From Peptoniphilaceae bacterium (GTDB taxonomy: Bacteria > Bacillota > Clostridia > Tissierellales > Peptoniphilaceae): a stretch of 64,000 bases of DNA. Location of the stretch: contig JAQYPV010000021.1 in the NCBI GenBank assembly GCA_028726605.1, forward strand, positions 9,609 through 73,608. Direction: 5' to 3'. The notes below the pieces were generated by a model. That model ran no database searches. It worked only from the letters and a program-made list of their open reading frames with translations, and was not told where the DNA came from. Made by a program: the position numbers and the translations under genes. Position 1 is the stretch's first letter. Each line of letters starts with the position of its first letter. Shown here in pieces: positions 39,550 to 49,820 of this stretch.

Positions 39550-39810
39550 CGTAGGGGGAAAATCGAGTTTTTACGATCAGCGTCGCTTCGACGTGCCGGC
39601 AAAATCGACTTTGTCCTCAAGTGCGTATAGATTTGTCCCCACACATAGACGCATTTTGACTTTTTCCGCTCACTGCGTCTATTTTTGCCGTTAAAATATA
39701 GACGCAAAAAGCGCTTTTGCTCGTTTTGCCCACACCATTTTTCATGGTGTAGACGCTATGCAGCACTTTTTCAAAAATGCCCACACCGCTACGCCACCAT
39801 TTTGGACTGC
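39550..39810. repeat. Degenerate ~52-bp array of inverted half-sites (family A), about 4-5 units
   Basis: ATAGACGCA at 39645 and 39698, GTAGACGCT at 39749; TGCGTATAG 39622, TGCGTCTAT 39674, TGCCCACAC 39727 and 39778. Confidence 0.8.
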
Positions 39811-40546
39811 GTGTCACCGTGGCGCTTTCTATGGTTCACAAATCAGCACTCAATCAGAGAGGGCATGTCTTAGACGAATTTCCTAAATTCTAAGAGGCTG
39901 GCCTCGTTCTGCGTTCTTGGAATCCGAGTTAAATATCTTCCCAAGTAACCGCTTTTTCAATTTCGAGAAACTCATTACCGTCCCAGATCGGGGCCTCAGA
40001 AAACGCTCGTGCGCATTCTCGCATTGAGATGGATTACCGAAGCATAAAATAGCTTTAGGCTCTATTGCTTTGAACATCTTAATTTGAAACGGACGCTGGT
40101 TTCTTCGCAAAGTGCGCTCGAAGGAAGGCTTTTTGTCGAATTTGTGTCCCTACTGGACCCCGAAATAAGTGGGTTGAAAAATCGATTTTGGGATCAGCAA
40201 TTCACGGTTTTCGATAATCGTCAATGGTCAGGGCCCAATATCGAAATAGCCACAACATAGGAAGCGTCTGGATTCCTAGTTCGGCCTTCATCTGTGGATT
40301 GAGATCTCAGAAACGAAAAAGAGCCGTCCATCACGTGACCGCGCCTGTCGGACGACTCGAAGTTCTTTGAAAAGCAATGTGATTCGTATCTCCTCTTCCC
40401 AACATCACTCAACTTGACGCTTCCTCAAATCTACTTCTAAGCGGAGGGAAAGCCGATGGGACAATTCAGGCCTCTTCGGCTTCCCGCCAAACGACGCGAA
40501 ACGGCTCAATCAACAAATGGTTTCAGAAAGGAAAAGCTGTTCATGG

Positions 40547-41614
40547 TTAACGCTTGAGAACCACTGACGCCCAATAACTAATGCGTAAATCAGCGCCATA
40601 AACCGCGACGGAGAGAGCCAACTCAGATGACTTGCCAGTCAGAAAGCTCTCTAACTGACTCTTCTCCTCCTCAGTCTGAAATACATCATTCGCGTAAACT
40701 TGGAAGGTTTCATCGAGAGCAATGTGCCCTTCTTTCGTGGGTAGAACCAACGTTGCGGCTTCTTCAGTTTGTAGCGAAAACGGAAACTGAGAGCTTGTGT
40801 CTAAGTAAAGATATGCCGTGTCACCCAAATAATCCTTAGGCATACTCAACTTAACTCCAAATTGAACGTCTTCCGTTCCACTAATCCGAGTGGCATTGAT
40901 GGTGACTTCCATTTCCTCCTGAATTTTATTATCCACAGCCGTTTCTCTAATATGCTGGATTGGCTCCGAAAGGTAAGACTCCCCCCATCGAATTTGGCTC
41001 GGCTTCGAAAAAGTCACCATCGTCAGCATGTTATAGCCATCAGGATCAAAAAGATAGACAGCGGGATTGATTTCATCTACTTTTTCCTGAAGAAAATCCT
41101 GGAACATTTTCTCATTTTGTTCATCAAAAGCATTCATCTCCGACGTAATCGGGAACAAGATCGTCTTCGGAAGTTTACCCTCTTCCAGAGGAATGGGCTG
41201 GTATTTGTGTCTAGAATCCAGTATCGTCGAAGGAACCTCCCCGTCAAACGAAACACAGACATAGATAGTTTGGCGATCATACATTGAAAAATCCAGATGT
41301 TCACCAAAATCCGTTCGGATTAAATCCACGTCCAAACGATAACGGTCTCCGTCGGAGCTGATCAGAAAGGGATGCTCGGCGTCATACATCAGGGCAAAAT
41401 TCATAGGCCCGCTACCTCTCCCCAATTGTTGAATCACCCGCTGATCGTCCAAATTTCCTGTGTTAACCGCTGTTTCCGTGACTAAATGGTCACTACCATC
41501 ACCGATCGTCGATGTCTGGATTTCAGCGGAATCCGGCGGTGTCGCTTGGCATGCACTCAAGGCGAATAACATACATACCAACTGGAACGCAATACTCAAT
41601 TGTACACGTTTCAT
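40547..41614 (-). CDS. Hypothetical acidic lipoprotein (AT-rich island)
   Basis: Lipobox LSAC after a hydrophobic signal; AGGAG RBS; no recognised domain. Confidence 0.75.
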   Translation of the reverse strand: MKRVQLSIAFQLVCMLFALSACQATPPDSAEIQTSTIGDGSDHLVTETAVNTGNLDDQRVIQQLGRGSGPMNFALMYDAEHPFLISSDGDRYRLDVDLIRTDFGEHLDFSMYDRQTIYVCVSFDGEVPSTILDSRHKYQPIPLEEGKLPKTILFPITSEMNAFDEQNEKMFQDFLQEKVDEINPAVYLFDPDGYNMLTMVTFSKPSQIRWGESYLSEPIQHIRETAVDNKIQEEMEVTINATRISGTEDVQFGVKLSMPKDYLGDTAYLYLDTSSQFPFSLQTEEAATLVLPTKEGHIALDETFQVYANDVFQTEEEKSQLESFLTGKSSELALSVAVYGADLRISYWASVVLKR

Positions 41615-41623
41615 TTTTCACTC

Positions 41624-42118
41624 CTACTGCTTAATTGAATCATGCCATGAGCCAGTCGAACCGTCGACGACTGTTTTTTCCGTTCTCCTCTTACAATCTG
41701 TGCCCGTTATTTTTTTATATCCAGTGACCGTAATATACGTTCTTCCAGCCCTTAACAAATGTTTCTCTCCCGCTGGAATGTCTTTCCACGTAACTTTCTC
41801 TTCTATTTCCCGACTCCCTAAGGATCCCATTTCAAAATTAACACTAGAATTAGCAAGTAGGAAATTAACATTACCCGACACGCCCGTTTTTAAGCTTAAC
41901 GTTTGTGTCAGCGTAACCGTATAGCTTACGTCTGAAGAAACGGAGTTTGGACCAACGAGATGTGTATACTGAGTAACCTTTCGTCTTGAACCTACTGATT
42001 CAGAATAGTTTTGCACATACTTACACTTGACGCCTGTCGTTGAACAGCCATCTGCATATCCGATGCTAGGCACTCCAACCAAAACCAGTACTAGAGCCAA
42101 TAGAGCAAAATGTTTCAT
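41624..42118 (-). CDS. Small secreted Ser/Thr-rich beta protein (possible aerolysin/ETX-MTX2-like)
   Basis: AAGGAGG RBS; signal peptide; alternating polar/hydrophobic strands followed by IPAG; three Cys. Confidence 0.7.
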   Translation of the reverse strand: MKHFALLALVLVLVGVPSIGYADGCSTTGVKCKYVQNYSESVGSRRKVTQYTHLVGPNSVSSDVSYTVTLTQTLSLKTGVSGNVNFLLANSSVNFEMGSLGSREIEEKVTWKDIPAGEKHLLRAGRTYITVTGYKKITGTDCKRRTEKTVVDGSTGSWHDSIKQ

Positions 42119-42573
42119 TTTTTCCTCCTTACTAGTTCAGTTAAAAACCTCCTCCCTTCCAATTACAAGTGTACATATTATTCTTCTCTCGTCAAGAAAA
42201 AAAATAAGGGAATCGATAACGTTTTACTCGACCGTCAAAATCTCTAGTCATCACACAAAACTTTGTCGTTAACGCATTTCTTCTGTTAATATGCTCCCAA
42301 AATGAGCTTCTCTCATGCATTCGTTTTCTAATAGAACATATGGTTTCAGGGCACCTTTTTCTAACATGATGAAAATGACAGGCAGATTATATAGAACCGC
42401 GAATCGAGACAAATGCAATTCATCTTAGAGGCCATCGACCTGTCCATCAAACTACAACTCGGTGAACGCCCAATATAACACTCGACGAGCACGCGCTACA
42501 TCACGTGGCGACAACGCATTATATGAGTACACCACGTAGTGAGCACACAAGACGTCGACACGCACGCGTGAAC

Positions 42574-43521
42574 CTAGAGCACGTGGCGGAGCGAAAGTTG
42601 AATGAAGGCATCGGCCGCGTGCGAGAGATAGCGGTCTTTCTTCACCACAAAATTCACGGGGCGGCACGCCAGAGGATCCGCTAACTTGTAGTAAACAAGT
42701 CCTTCGGAAGATGCATAGCGGACGATGTCAGAACGAATGAAGCATGCCCCGATGGCACTCTTACGGATGATGTTCATACTCGTCAGCACCTGATCCAAGT
42801 ACATGACGGTGTGCATGTGAAATCCCGCATTTTCACAGATCCGGTTCGCGCGCTTGTAGAGGTCATTGCCCGGTTTCATGTTGATGAAAGGCACCTTGCA
42901 AAACGCATCAAGAGGAACGGGGCGCACGGTCGCGTCCAAAAACGCTCCCGTCATTATCGCTTCCAGAGAAAGTTGAAACTCTCTTAAGGTCTCATTGACA
43001 GAAAAACCCGACGGCACGGCCAAAATTAAGACTTCATCGTGGTAATAAATGCGCTGCACATGCGTATTTTCACTGTTGAATCCCGTTTCCAATACGATGT
43101 CCAGCGTCTCTTGTTCCAGACCTTTGGCCAATTCGTCGATGTTGCCCTCCAAGAGGTCAATCTGAATGCCCGGATGCCGCCGATGAAAGGCATCGATAAG
43201 ATCGGGAAAAATGAACGAGCAGTAGTACGCCGCACCACCCAAAGACAGGTGGCCCACGTTTAGTGAACGAAGGTCAGAAAAATAAGCCAGGACGTTGCGT
43301 TCCTCCAACAAAATGCGTCGCGTCGCCTCCAAAAAGACACGGCCTTCCTTTGTCACCGTGAAAGGCACCGTGCTGCGATCAAAAATGGGCGTCCCCAGCT
43401 CATGCTCCACTTTCCGCACGATTTTGCTGAGCGCCGGCTGACTGATGTAGAGCTTTTTTGCCGCCTTTGAAAAGCTCTGCTCTTCATAGACCGTATAAAT
43501 ATACTTCATTTCGCGGAGCAT
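42574..43521 (-). CDS. LysR family transcriptional regulator
   Basis: SFSKAAKKLYISQPALS..E.ELG..IFDR. Confidence 0.94.
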   Translation of the reverse strand: MLREMKYIYTVYEEQSFSKAAKKLYISQPALSKIVRKVEHELGTPIFDRSTVPFTVTKEGRVFLEATRRILLEERNVLAYFSDLRSLNVGHLSLGGAAYYCSFIFPDLIDAFHRRHPGIQIDLLEGNIDELAKGLEQETLDIVLETGFNSENTHVQRIYYHDEVLILAVPSGFSVNETLREFQLSLEAIMTGAFLDATVRPVPLDAFCKVPFINMKPGNDLYKRANRICENAGFHMHTVMYLDQVLTSMNIIRKSAIGACFIRSDIVRYASSEGLVYYKLADPLACRPVNFVVKKDRYLSHAADAFIQLSLRHVL

Positions 43522-43630
43522 CGTTCCCTCCGTCAATACACAGGCCAAAAGCGAGGAGCAGCCTGCCGCCACTCCTCGTCTTATTCATCCTCTTTGCATA
43601 TTCATCCGTCTTCGCGCGATGCAGCAGTTT

Positions 43631-44650
43631 TCAGTCGCCCAGGCAGACGACCTTCCCCGCCTTAACGATCAACACCTCTTCCGGAGTGCCTTCGTCAAAC
43701 ACGATAGTCGGATTGTACTGAACCATGTCGATGTGGACCGTCGAGCGCGCCGGCTGTCCATAATAGAAACCATTGCCCATGGCGATATGGCATGTGCCCC
43801 GCGCTTTCTTTTCTTCCTCAAAGTCGCCGTTAAAGAGGCTCTCCGGATTGAGACCAATCCCAATCTCGGCGATGTTGTCCGAATCCTTGATCTCCTGGAT
43901 CTGCCGACGAATCTCCTTGCAGATATTGGGATCCCCGCCGACCACCTCGACGATGCGCCCCTCGCGAATCTTCAGTTCCACCGGAATGGTGGGGCATCCA
44001 TAGTAGCAAATCGGGCCATCGATGACCAATTTCCCTTCCGTCGTGCCGATCACCGGTCCCAGCGACACTTCACCGTCCGACCACGCCATGGCATCCCCCG
44101 GTTCGCGCGCGATCCCGCACTCGATAATGGGTTCCATGGGGTTCATCTCCATGGTCAAATCGGTGCCCGCCGGCGTCGTGATATGCGCCATCTTGTGGCC
44201 CCGCCAGATTTCCTGGAGTCGAACGCCGTCGGCGTAAACCGCTTCATAATCCGCCAATGCCCCGCCACGCGTGAAATTGTCGATGTTGCGCAGGCAGATA
44301 GAAACTTCACGCAGTTTCTTCTGATTGATGAGTTCTTTCAAATGGTTGTTGTAGATGGCCGCACCCGATGCCGTCGTCATCCCGACGAAGACGTCACAGG
44401 CGTCCATGCCCAGTTCCAGCGTTTTCGGGAAGATCGTCGCCTTGTCCTTGCCGCGAATGGGCATCATGTAAATTCCATATTCTGCACCCAGTGAATGAGC
44501 GGCAGACGCCATCGCATTCGCCATGCGCATGTCCGTCTGCGGATCCGTCACGATCAGCACTTCTTCACCCGGCTTCACCGCCATCAAATTCGAAAGAATG
44601 TAATGCGCGCGTTCCACACATTCGATGATCCGATTATCATTCATTTTCAT
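43631..44650 (-). CDS. M29/aminopeptidase T-like metallopeptidase
   Basis: DGEV..P, IAEIGIGLN, EEEK..GTCHIAMG and HID metal-ligand motifs. Confidence 0.8.
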   Translation of the reverse strand: MKMNDNRIIECVERAHYILSNLMAVKPGEEVLIVTDPQTDMRMANAMASAAHSLGAEYGIYMMPIRGKDKATIFPKTLELGMDACDVFVGMTTASGAAIYNNHLKELINQKKLREVSICLRNIDNFTRGGALADYEAVYADGVRLQEIWRGHKMAHITTPAGTDLTMEMNPMEPIIECGIAREPGDAMAWSDGEVSLGPVIGTTEGKLVIDGPICYYGCPTIPVELKIREGRIVEVVGGDPNICKEIRRQIQEIKDSDNIAEIGIGLNPESLFNGDFEEEKKARGTCHIAMGNGFYYGQPARSTVHIDMVQYNPTIVFDEGTPEEVLIVKAGKVVCLGD

Positions 44651-44668
44651 CCTCCTTGTCGATTTTAA

Positions 44669-45967
44669 TTAAGACAAAACCTGGCTCTTTTTGATGAGCG
44701 CTTTATTGTTGAAGATTTCGTGATCGAGTTCGCCTTCCGTTTCGGAAATGCAGACGGTCGCCACGAGATCGCCCACAGAATTCGTCGCCGTGTGAATCTG
44801 ATCGACGATGCGGTAAATGCCAGCGACCAACGCATAGCCCTCCAGCGGAAGACCCATCTGCGTCATCAGCGTCAAACTGATCACCAGGCCAATCTGCGGC
44901 GTAGCGGCGCAGCCCACGCTCAAAAACGTCGCCTGTACGCAGAGCAAAAACTGCTGTTGTAAACTGAGATTGACGCCGTACAGCTGTGCACAGAATAAGA
45001 TGACGACGGCGAAATAGCCGCACGTGCCGTTCATCTGTGCGGTGCAGCCGAGCGGCAGGACAAAGCTGGAAATGTCCTTTGGCGCACCCATGCGATTCGG
45101 CGCGATGTCCATGGAAATGGGAAGCGCCGCGGACGAGGTGCAAGTGCTGAACGCCACAATCCAGGAATCAAAAGCCTTGCGCCAGAAGAGAATGGGATTC
45201 ACCTTACCGATGAACCGCAGCAATAATGAGTAGACAACCACACTTACCGTAATCGCCGTCAAATAGTCCGTCACGATGAATTTCATCACTGGCCCGAAGA
45301 TGGCGACGCCGTACTTTGCCATGGTGACCGACATCAGGCCGAACACCCCGATGGGGATGATGCGCACGACGATGTCGATGATCTTGAACATCGCTTGAGA
45401 TAGATTCGAGATGACATCCGCAAGCGGCTTGGCGGAGTCCCCAATGGCGATGATCGCAAAACCCACAAAGAGGGCAAAGACGATGATCGGCATCATGTCT
45501 CCACTGGTCAGCGCAGCAAACGGATTTTCAGGAAATAGATTGAGAATCGTCTCGTAAATACCCGGCAGTTCCTTGACCTGCACTTCGGCCACCGCATCGC
45601 CCAGCTGTAATCCGCGACCGGGCTGAATGAGGTTGACGAAGACCAGTCCAATGCCAGCCGCAATCATTCCGGTGACAAGAAACCAGACGATGGTCTTCAC
45701 GCCCACGCTGCGCAATTTCTTGATGTCGCCGAGGGACAGCGCCGCGTCGATGATGCTGAAAAACACCAGCGGAACGACCACCATCTTAATGAGACGAATA
45801 AAAAGATCTCCTAAGAACTGCAAAAACGGGAGAATCTTATCGTTGATGAAGGCGTTATCAACACCTCCTTGGAAGTTGAGTATGTAGCCAAAGACGATAC
45901 CCGAAAAGAGCGCGATGAAAATCTTCGCATAGAGCGGCATCGGCTTCTTGCCTTTTGCCATGGTCAT
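44669..45967 (-). CDS. Dicarboxylate/amino acid:cation symporter (DAACS)
   Basis: FIRLIKMVVVPLVF, AFSTCTSSAALP and PLGCTAQMNG motifs. Confidence 0.93.
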   Translation of the reverse strand: MTMAKGKKPMPLYAKIFIALFSGIVFGYILNFQGGVDNAFINDKILPFLQFLGDLFIRLIKMVVVPLVFFSIIDAALSLGDIKKLRSVGVKTIVWFLVTGMIAAGIGLVFVNLIQPGRGLQLGDAVAEVQVKELPGIYETILNLFPENPFAALTSGDMMPIIVFALFVGFAIIAIGDSAKPLADVISNLSQAMFKIIDIVVRIIPIGVFGLMSVTMAKYGVAIFGPVMKFIVTDYLTAITVSVVVYSLLLRFIGKVNPILFWRKAFDSWIVAFSTCTSSAALPISMDIAPNRMGAPKDISSFVLPLGCTAQMNGTCGYFAVVILFCAQLYGVNLSLQQQFLLCVQATFLSVGCAATPQIGLVISLTLMTQMGLPLEGYALVAGIYRIVDQIHTATNSVGDLVATVCISETEGELDHEIFNNKALIKKSQVLS

Positions 45968-46137
45968 TCCTCCTCCTCAGTGTCATTTGCCTGTACAAGC
46001 TAATCACAGTCTAGCGAAGGAAAAACGTTTCCGTCAACAGAGCAAAAGAGAATAGAATAGGCCATGCATTCAAGTTATAACGTACATTCGATTGGAGACT
46101 GAAATCGTTAGATATCATTTTACGAGCCGAAAGCCAC

Positions 46138-46168
46138 ACCCCTCTGTAGGCTCATACAGAGGGGCTCT
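46138..46168 (-). terminator. Hairpin downstream of uppP
   Basis: CCCCTCTGTA-GGCTCA-TACAGAGGGG. Confidence 0.55.
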
Positions 46169-46199
46169 GCCTTCTATTGGTTAGCATAAAACGGCTGCG

Positions 46200-47096
46200 T
46201 TATCCCCGTCCCAGCGCCATCCACACGACGAGCACCACCGACAACACAATCCGGTAGACGCCAAAGGGCGTAAAGTCGTGCCGGCGGACGTAGTCCATGA
46301 ACTTGCGGATGACGACGTACGCCACGACGAACGACAGGAAAAAGCCGAGCGCGATGAGGCCCCACTGCCCCAAGGTGAAGCTGCCCAGATTCTTCACCAC
46401 TTTCAGGAAGGTTGCGCCCAGCATCGTCGGAATGGCCAGGAAGAAGCTGAATTCCGCCGCCGCCACGCGGCTCGTGCCGAGCAGCATCGCCCCGATGATG
46501 GTGGCCGCCGAGCGCGACGTGCCGGGGATGAGCGCCAGGCACTGGTAGAGTCCGATTTGGAAGGCGATGGCCAAGGGGAGTTCATGGGTGGCGGTGAACC
46601 GCGCCGGCTCGCCTTTTGCCTGATTGCGCTTCTCGATGAAGATCATGGCCACGCCGTAGATGAAGAGCGTCGCCGCCACCACCGGCACTGTCATGAAGTA
46701 CTTGTCGATCAAGTCGTCGAACAGAAAACCCAACACCGCCGCCGGTAGCACGCCCACGATGACGCGCTCCCACAGCGCTATGGTGGTCGGCTCGGGGTGC
46801 GTCAAGTCGTAGTACACACGCGTCTGCGTATTCCACTGCGCGTAACGACGCGGCCGCATCGCGCGCCGCTGATCGGAGACGTGCCAGGGATTCAGGCGGT
46901 TCCAGTAGAGCACGACCACCGCCAAAATGGCGCCCAGTTGAATGATCACGGAAAACGCGTTGGCGAACTCCTGCGGCGAAAGGCCCACAAAGGCATTCGC
47001 CAAAATGAGATGGCCAGTGGAACTCACCGGCAGAAACTCCGTAATGCCCTCAATGAGGGACAAGATCACGACTTTGAAGAGCGTAACGACGTCCAT
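46200..47096 (-). CDS. uppP: Undecaprenyl-diphosphate phosphatase
   Basis: EGITEFLPVSSTGH and LIPGTSRS motifs. Confidence 0.96.
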   Translation of the reverse strand: MDVVTLFKVVILSLIEGITEFLPVSSTGHLILANAFVGLSPQEFANAFSVIIQLGAILAVVVLYWNRLNPWHVSDQRRAMRPRRYAQWNTQTRVYYDLTHPEPTTIALWERVIVGVLPAAVLGFLFDDLIDKYFMTVPVVAATLFIYGVAMIFIEKRNQAKGEPARFTATHELPLAIAFQIGLYQCLALIPGTSRSAATIIGAMLLGTSRVAAAEFSFFLAIPTMLGATFLKVVKNLGSFTLGQWGLIALGFFLSFVVAYVVIRKFMDYVRRHDFTPFGVYRIVLSVVLVVWMALGRG

Positions 47097-48058
47097 GCAT
47101 CCTCCCGATGATACTGTTCCAGAAATGAGTGTTTTTCGCCGTCCAAGGTATAGCCCAAAATGGCGTCAATGGCCACATTCTCACCGCTGCGGAAGATGGA
47201 CTTTTCCACATTGGGATTGACTTTTTTGAGCGCGGCAATGAGTTCCTTGATGTTGCGCCGCTCCGAATTAACCTTGGCGCGCGTGACGACGCAGGCGCAG
47301 TCCAGGGGCTTGAGTCCTGCGTAATCCCGCCAGGCGATGATGTCCTTCTCTTCGACGAAGTAGAGCGGGCGGATGAGTTCCATGCCCTCAAAATTGCGCG
47401 CCACGATCTTCGGCATCATGTTCTTGTAATTGGCCGACCAGAGCACGTTCAGAAGCGTCGTCTCGATGACGTCGTTAAAGTGATGCCCCAGAGCGAGCTT
47501 CGTGCACCCCATCGCCTTCGCATGATCGTAGAGAAAGCCGCGCCGCATCCGGGCGCACATGTAACACGGCTGCTGGGCCACGCCTTCAGCCACGGCGAAG
47601 ATGTCAGAGCGGTAGATGGTCGCCGGGATGTTAAGCCACGAGAGGTTGAACTCCAGCCGCTCACGGTTCAGGGGCGCGTACCCCGGATCCATCGCCAAAA
47701 AGCGCACCTCGAACGGAATCTCCGTATAGCGCACGAGCGCCTGAAACAGCTTCGCCAGAAGCAAACTGTCCTTGCCGCCGGAAATGGCCACGCCCACGAC
47801 ATCGCCCGGTTGGAGCATATCGTAGGTCTTGAGCGCCTTAGTGAATTTCGACATCAGTCGCCCGCGATACGTCTTCTGAATGGCATGTTCAATTTCTTTG
47901 CAGGGCTTGAGGCTCTGGCCAAAGAGGCGCGCCATCTCCGGATACATCCGAAAGACCGCCTCCTCATGCGTCTCGCCCTCCCGCGGCTCCACCCGGATGG
48001 TCATTTCATCCGGCGGCGCGGTCGCCTCCGGCCGCTGCACATCGCAATGTTCAGTCAT
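47066..48058 (-). CDS. ttcA: tRNA 2-thiocytidine biosynthesis TtcA family protein
   Basis: SGGKDS PP-loop, CYMCARMRRG and LGHHFND motifs. Confidence 0.85.
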   Translation of the reverse strand: MTEHCDVQRPEATAPPDEMTIRVEPREGETHEEAVFRMYPEMARLFGQSLKPCKEIEHAIQKTYRGRLMSKFTKALKTYDMLQPGDVVGVAISGGKDSLLLAKLFQALVRYTEIPFEVRFLAMDPGYAPLNRERLEFNLSWLNIPATIYRSDIFAVAEGVAQQPCYMCARMRRGFLYDHAKAMGCTKLALGHHFNDVIETTLLNVLWSANYKNMMPKIVARNFEGMELIRPLYFVEEKDIIAWRDYAGLKPLDCACVVTRAKVNSERRNIKELIAALKKVNPNVEKSIFRSGENVAIDAILGYTLDGEKHSFLEQYHREDAWTSLRSSKS

Positions 48059-48067
48059 AAGTTCCTC

Positions 48068-48544
48068 TCATTTATGATACGGCTCGTGATGCAAAATCCG
48101 AAACGCCCGATAGACCTGTTCCAACAAGATGACACGCATGAGCGTGTGCGGAAACGTCATTTTGGAAAACGAGAGCTTCACGCCCATCGCCTTGATGCGC
48201 TCCGAAAGCCCATCGCTGCCGCCGATGATGAACGTCACCTGCGCGCCGCCCTGTTCCGCCCAATCGGCCATGCTCTGGGCAAAGCGCACGCTGTCCTGCT
48301 GCTTGCCTTCCACGCACAGCGAAACGATCGTGCCCGATTTGGGCAGCACCTTCACGATACGCGTCGCCTCGTCCTCGAGCGCCTGCAAAATGGCCTTCTC
48401 GCCTGCCTTGGCCGGCCGCTGCGTCTCCGGGATTTCGATGATCTCCAGCGTCGCATACGGCTTCAGGCGCTTCACATACTCCGCCGCCGCGGCCATATAA
48501 AAAGGCTCCTTCACGGAGCCCACAGTGACAATCGTGATGTTCAC
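48068..48544 (-). CDS. rlmH: 23S rRNA m3-pseudouridine methyltransferase
   Basis: FIIGGSDG and SFSKMTFPH..R..LLEQVYRAF....PYHK motifs. Confidence 0.96.
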   Translation of the reverse strand: MNITIVTVGSVKEPFYMAAAAEYVKRLKPYATLEIIEIPETQRPAKAGEKAILQALEDEATRIVKVLPKSGTIVSLCVEGKQQDSVRFAQSMADWAEQGGAQVTFIIGGSDGLSERIKAMGVKLSFSKMTFPHTLMRVILLEQVYRAFRILHHEPYHK

Positions 48545-49461
48545 GCTCGCCCTCCGGCATTGGCCAACTCATTATATGACAGATCGTTCGGCAAGCCGTT
48601 GGGCACGTCAGCCTCAGCGCGCGCCCGCTGTCCGGCAAACGCCGCCAGACGATCCCGCTGGGCGTGAATGGCCTCTGCCGAAAAGAGCGGCGACGGCTCG
48701 TACCGCGGGGCCACCAGCACGTGGACATCGCGCCCAGTGTCAAACCCCTGCGCCTCCAAGTAGTCACAGACCGTCTTCTGGCAACACGCGCTCGTGTTGT
48801 TGTTGATCGACATATGCGCAAGCAACACCTGCTCCCCGCGCCCCTCCAAGAGCTCGCAGAGCGCCGCCGCCGACTGCACGTTCGACAGATGCCCCAGTTC
48901 CGACGCAATCCGCTTTTTGGACCACGGCGAGTAGTCCCCGTGCATCAGCAAAAACTCTTCGTAGTTCGCTTCAAAGTAATAAATATCCGATCCCGCCATC
49001 GCATCGAGCAAGTGGCGATCCACAATGCCGGTGTCCGTCACCACGGAGATCTTCTCGCGGCCGGAAGAGAACGTGTACCCCACCGGATCCGCCGCGTCGT
49101 GATGCACCGGCACGGGAAGCACCTCCATGTCCCCCAGCAGAAACGGCTTCCCGTTGGTGAACTCCTTATGATCGTGATCCTTGATCTTCCCGAGTTTATG
49201 CTCCATCGCGCGCCACGTATTGGCATTTGCGTAGACTGGAATGTGATGACGGCGGCTCAACACCCCCACTCCGGCGATGTGGTCCGAATGCTCGTGCGTC
49301 ACCAGAATCGCCGACAGCTTGCGCGGCTCAATATCCGCCATCTTTAATAATTTTTCAATTTGTCGACCGCTGTATCCCGCATCGATCAAAATCTGTGTCG
49401 CGCCTGAACGCACGTAAACACAGTTCCCGCTCGAGCCGGAGGCAATGGATCGTAATTCCAT
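48541..49461 (-). CDS. MBL-fold hydrolase (WalJ/YycJ family)
   Basis: ASGSSGN, THEHSDH, HDAADP and GHLSN motifs. Confidence 0.9.
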   Translation of the reverse strand: MELRSIASGSSGNCVYVRSGATQILIDAGYSGRQIEKLLKMADIEPRKLSAILVTHEHSDHIAGVGVLSRRHHIPVYANANTWRAMEHKLGKIKDHDHKEFTNGKPFLLGDMEVLPVPVHHDAADPVGYTFSSGREKISVVTDTGIVDRHLLDAMAGSDIYYFEANYEEFLLMHGDYSPWSKKRIASELGHLSNVQSAAALCELLEGRGEQVLLAHMSINNNTSACCQKTVCDYLEAQGFDTGRDVHVLVAPRYEPSPLFSAEAIHAQRDRLAAFAGQRARAEADVPNGLPNDLSYNELANAGGRA

Positions 49462-49820
49462 TTTTCCTTCTTTCCCTCCACATCTTCCTGCGTTCGATTC
49501 ATTGTAGCACAATCCCCGTAGCAAAAAGCGGTTCCATTGTGATGGCGGCGGCGATGCCGTCCTCGCCGAACGTCGAACTGAACGCCGGACGATTAAAGGC
49601 GTACTTCTTGTACGAGGGCGCCACCGCTTTCAAATCGTACTGTCCGACACTGGAGGCACTTTCTACTTTGATATTTCATTGGATTCGTCTGTTAGCAGCG
49701 ATTGACAATGTCTGCCGCGTACACTGCTCGGCGTGGTAAAATGAAACACTGTACATACCCCCCTCGCGTGAGGGGGCGCATGAGAACAGTGAATGGGGTA
49801 ACGAACGAAGAAGGAAGACG

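Noticed and set aside
48058-48090. SCC-like element integrated at the rlmH (orfX) 3' end
   Set aside because: ttcA follows after 9 bp; no insertion or recombinase is present
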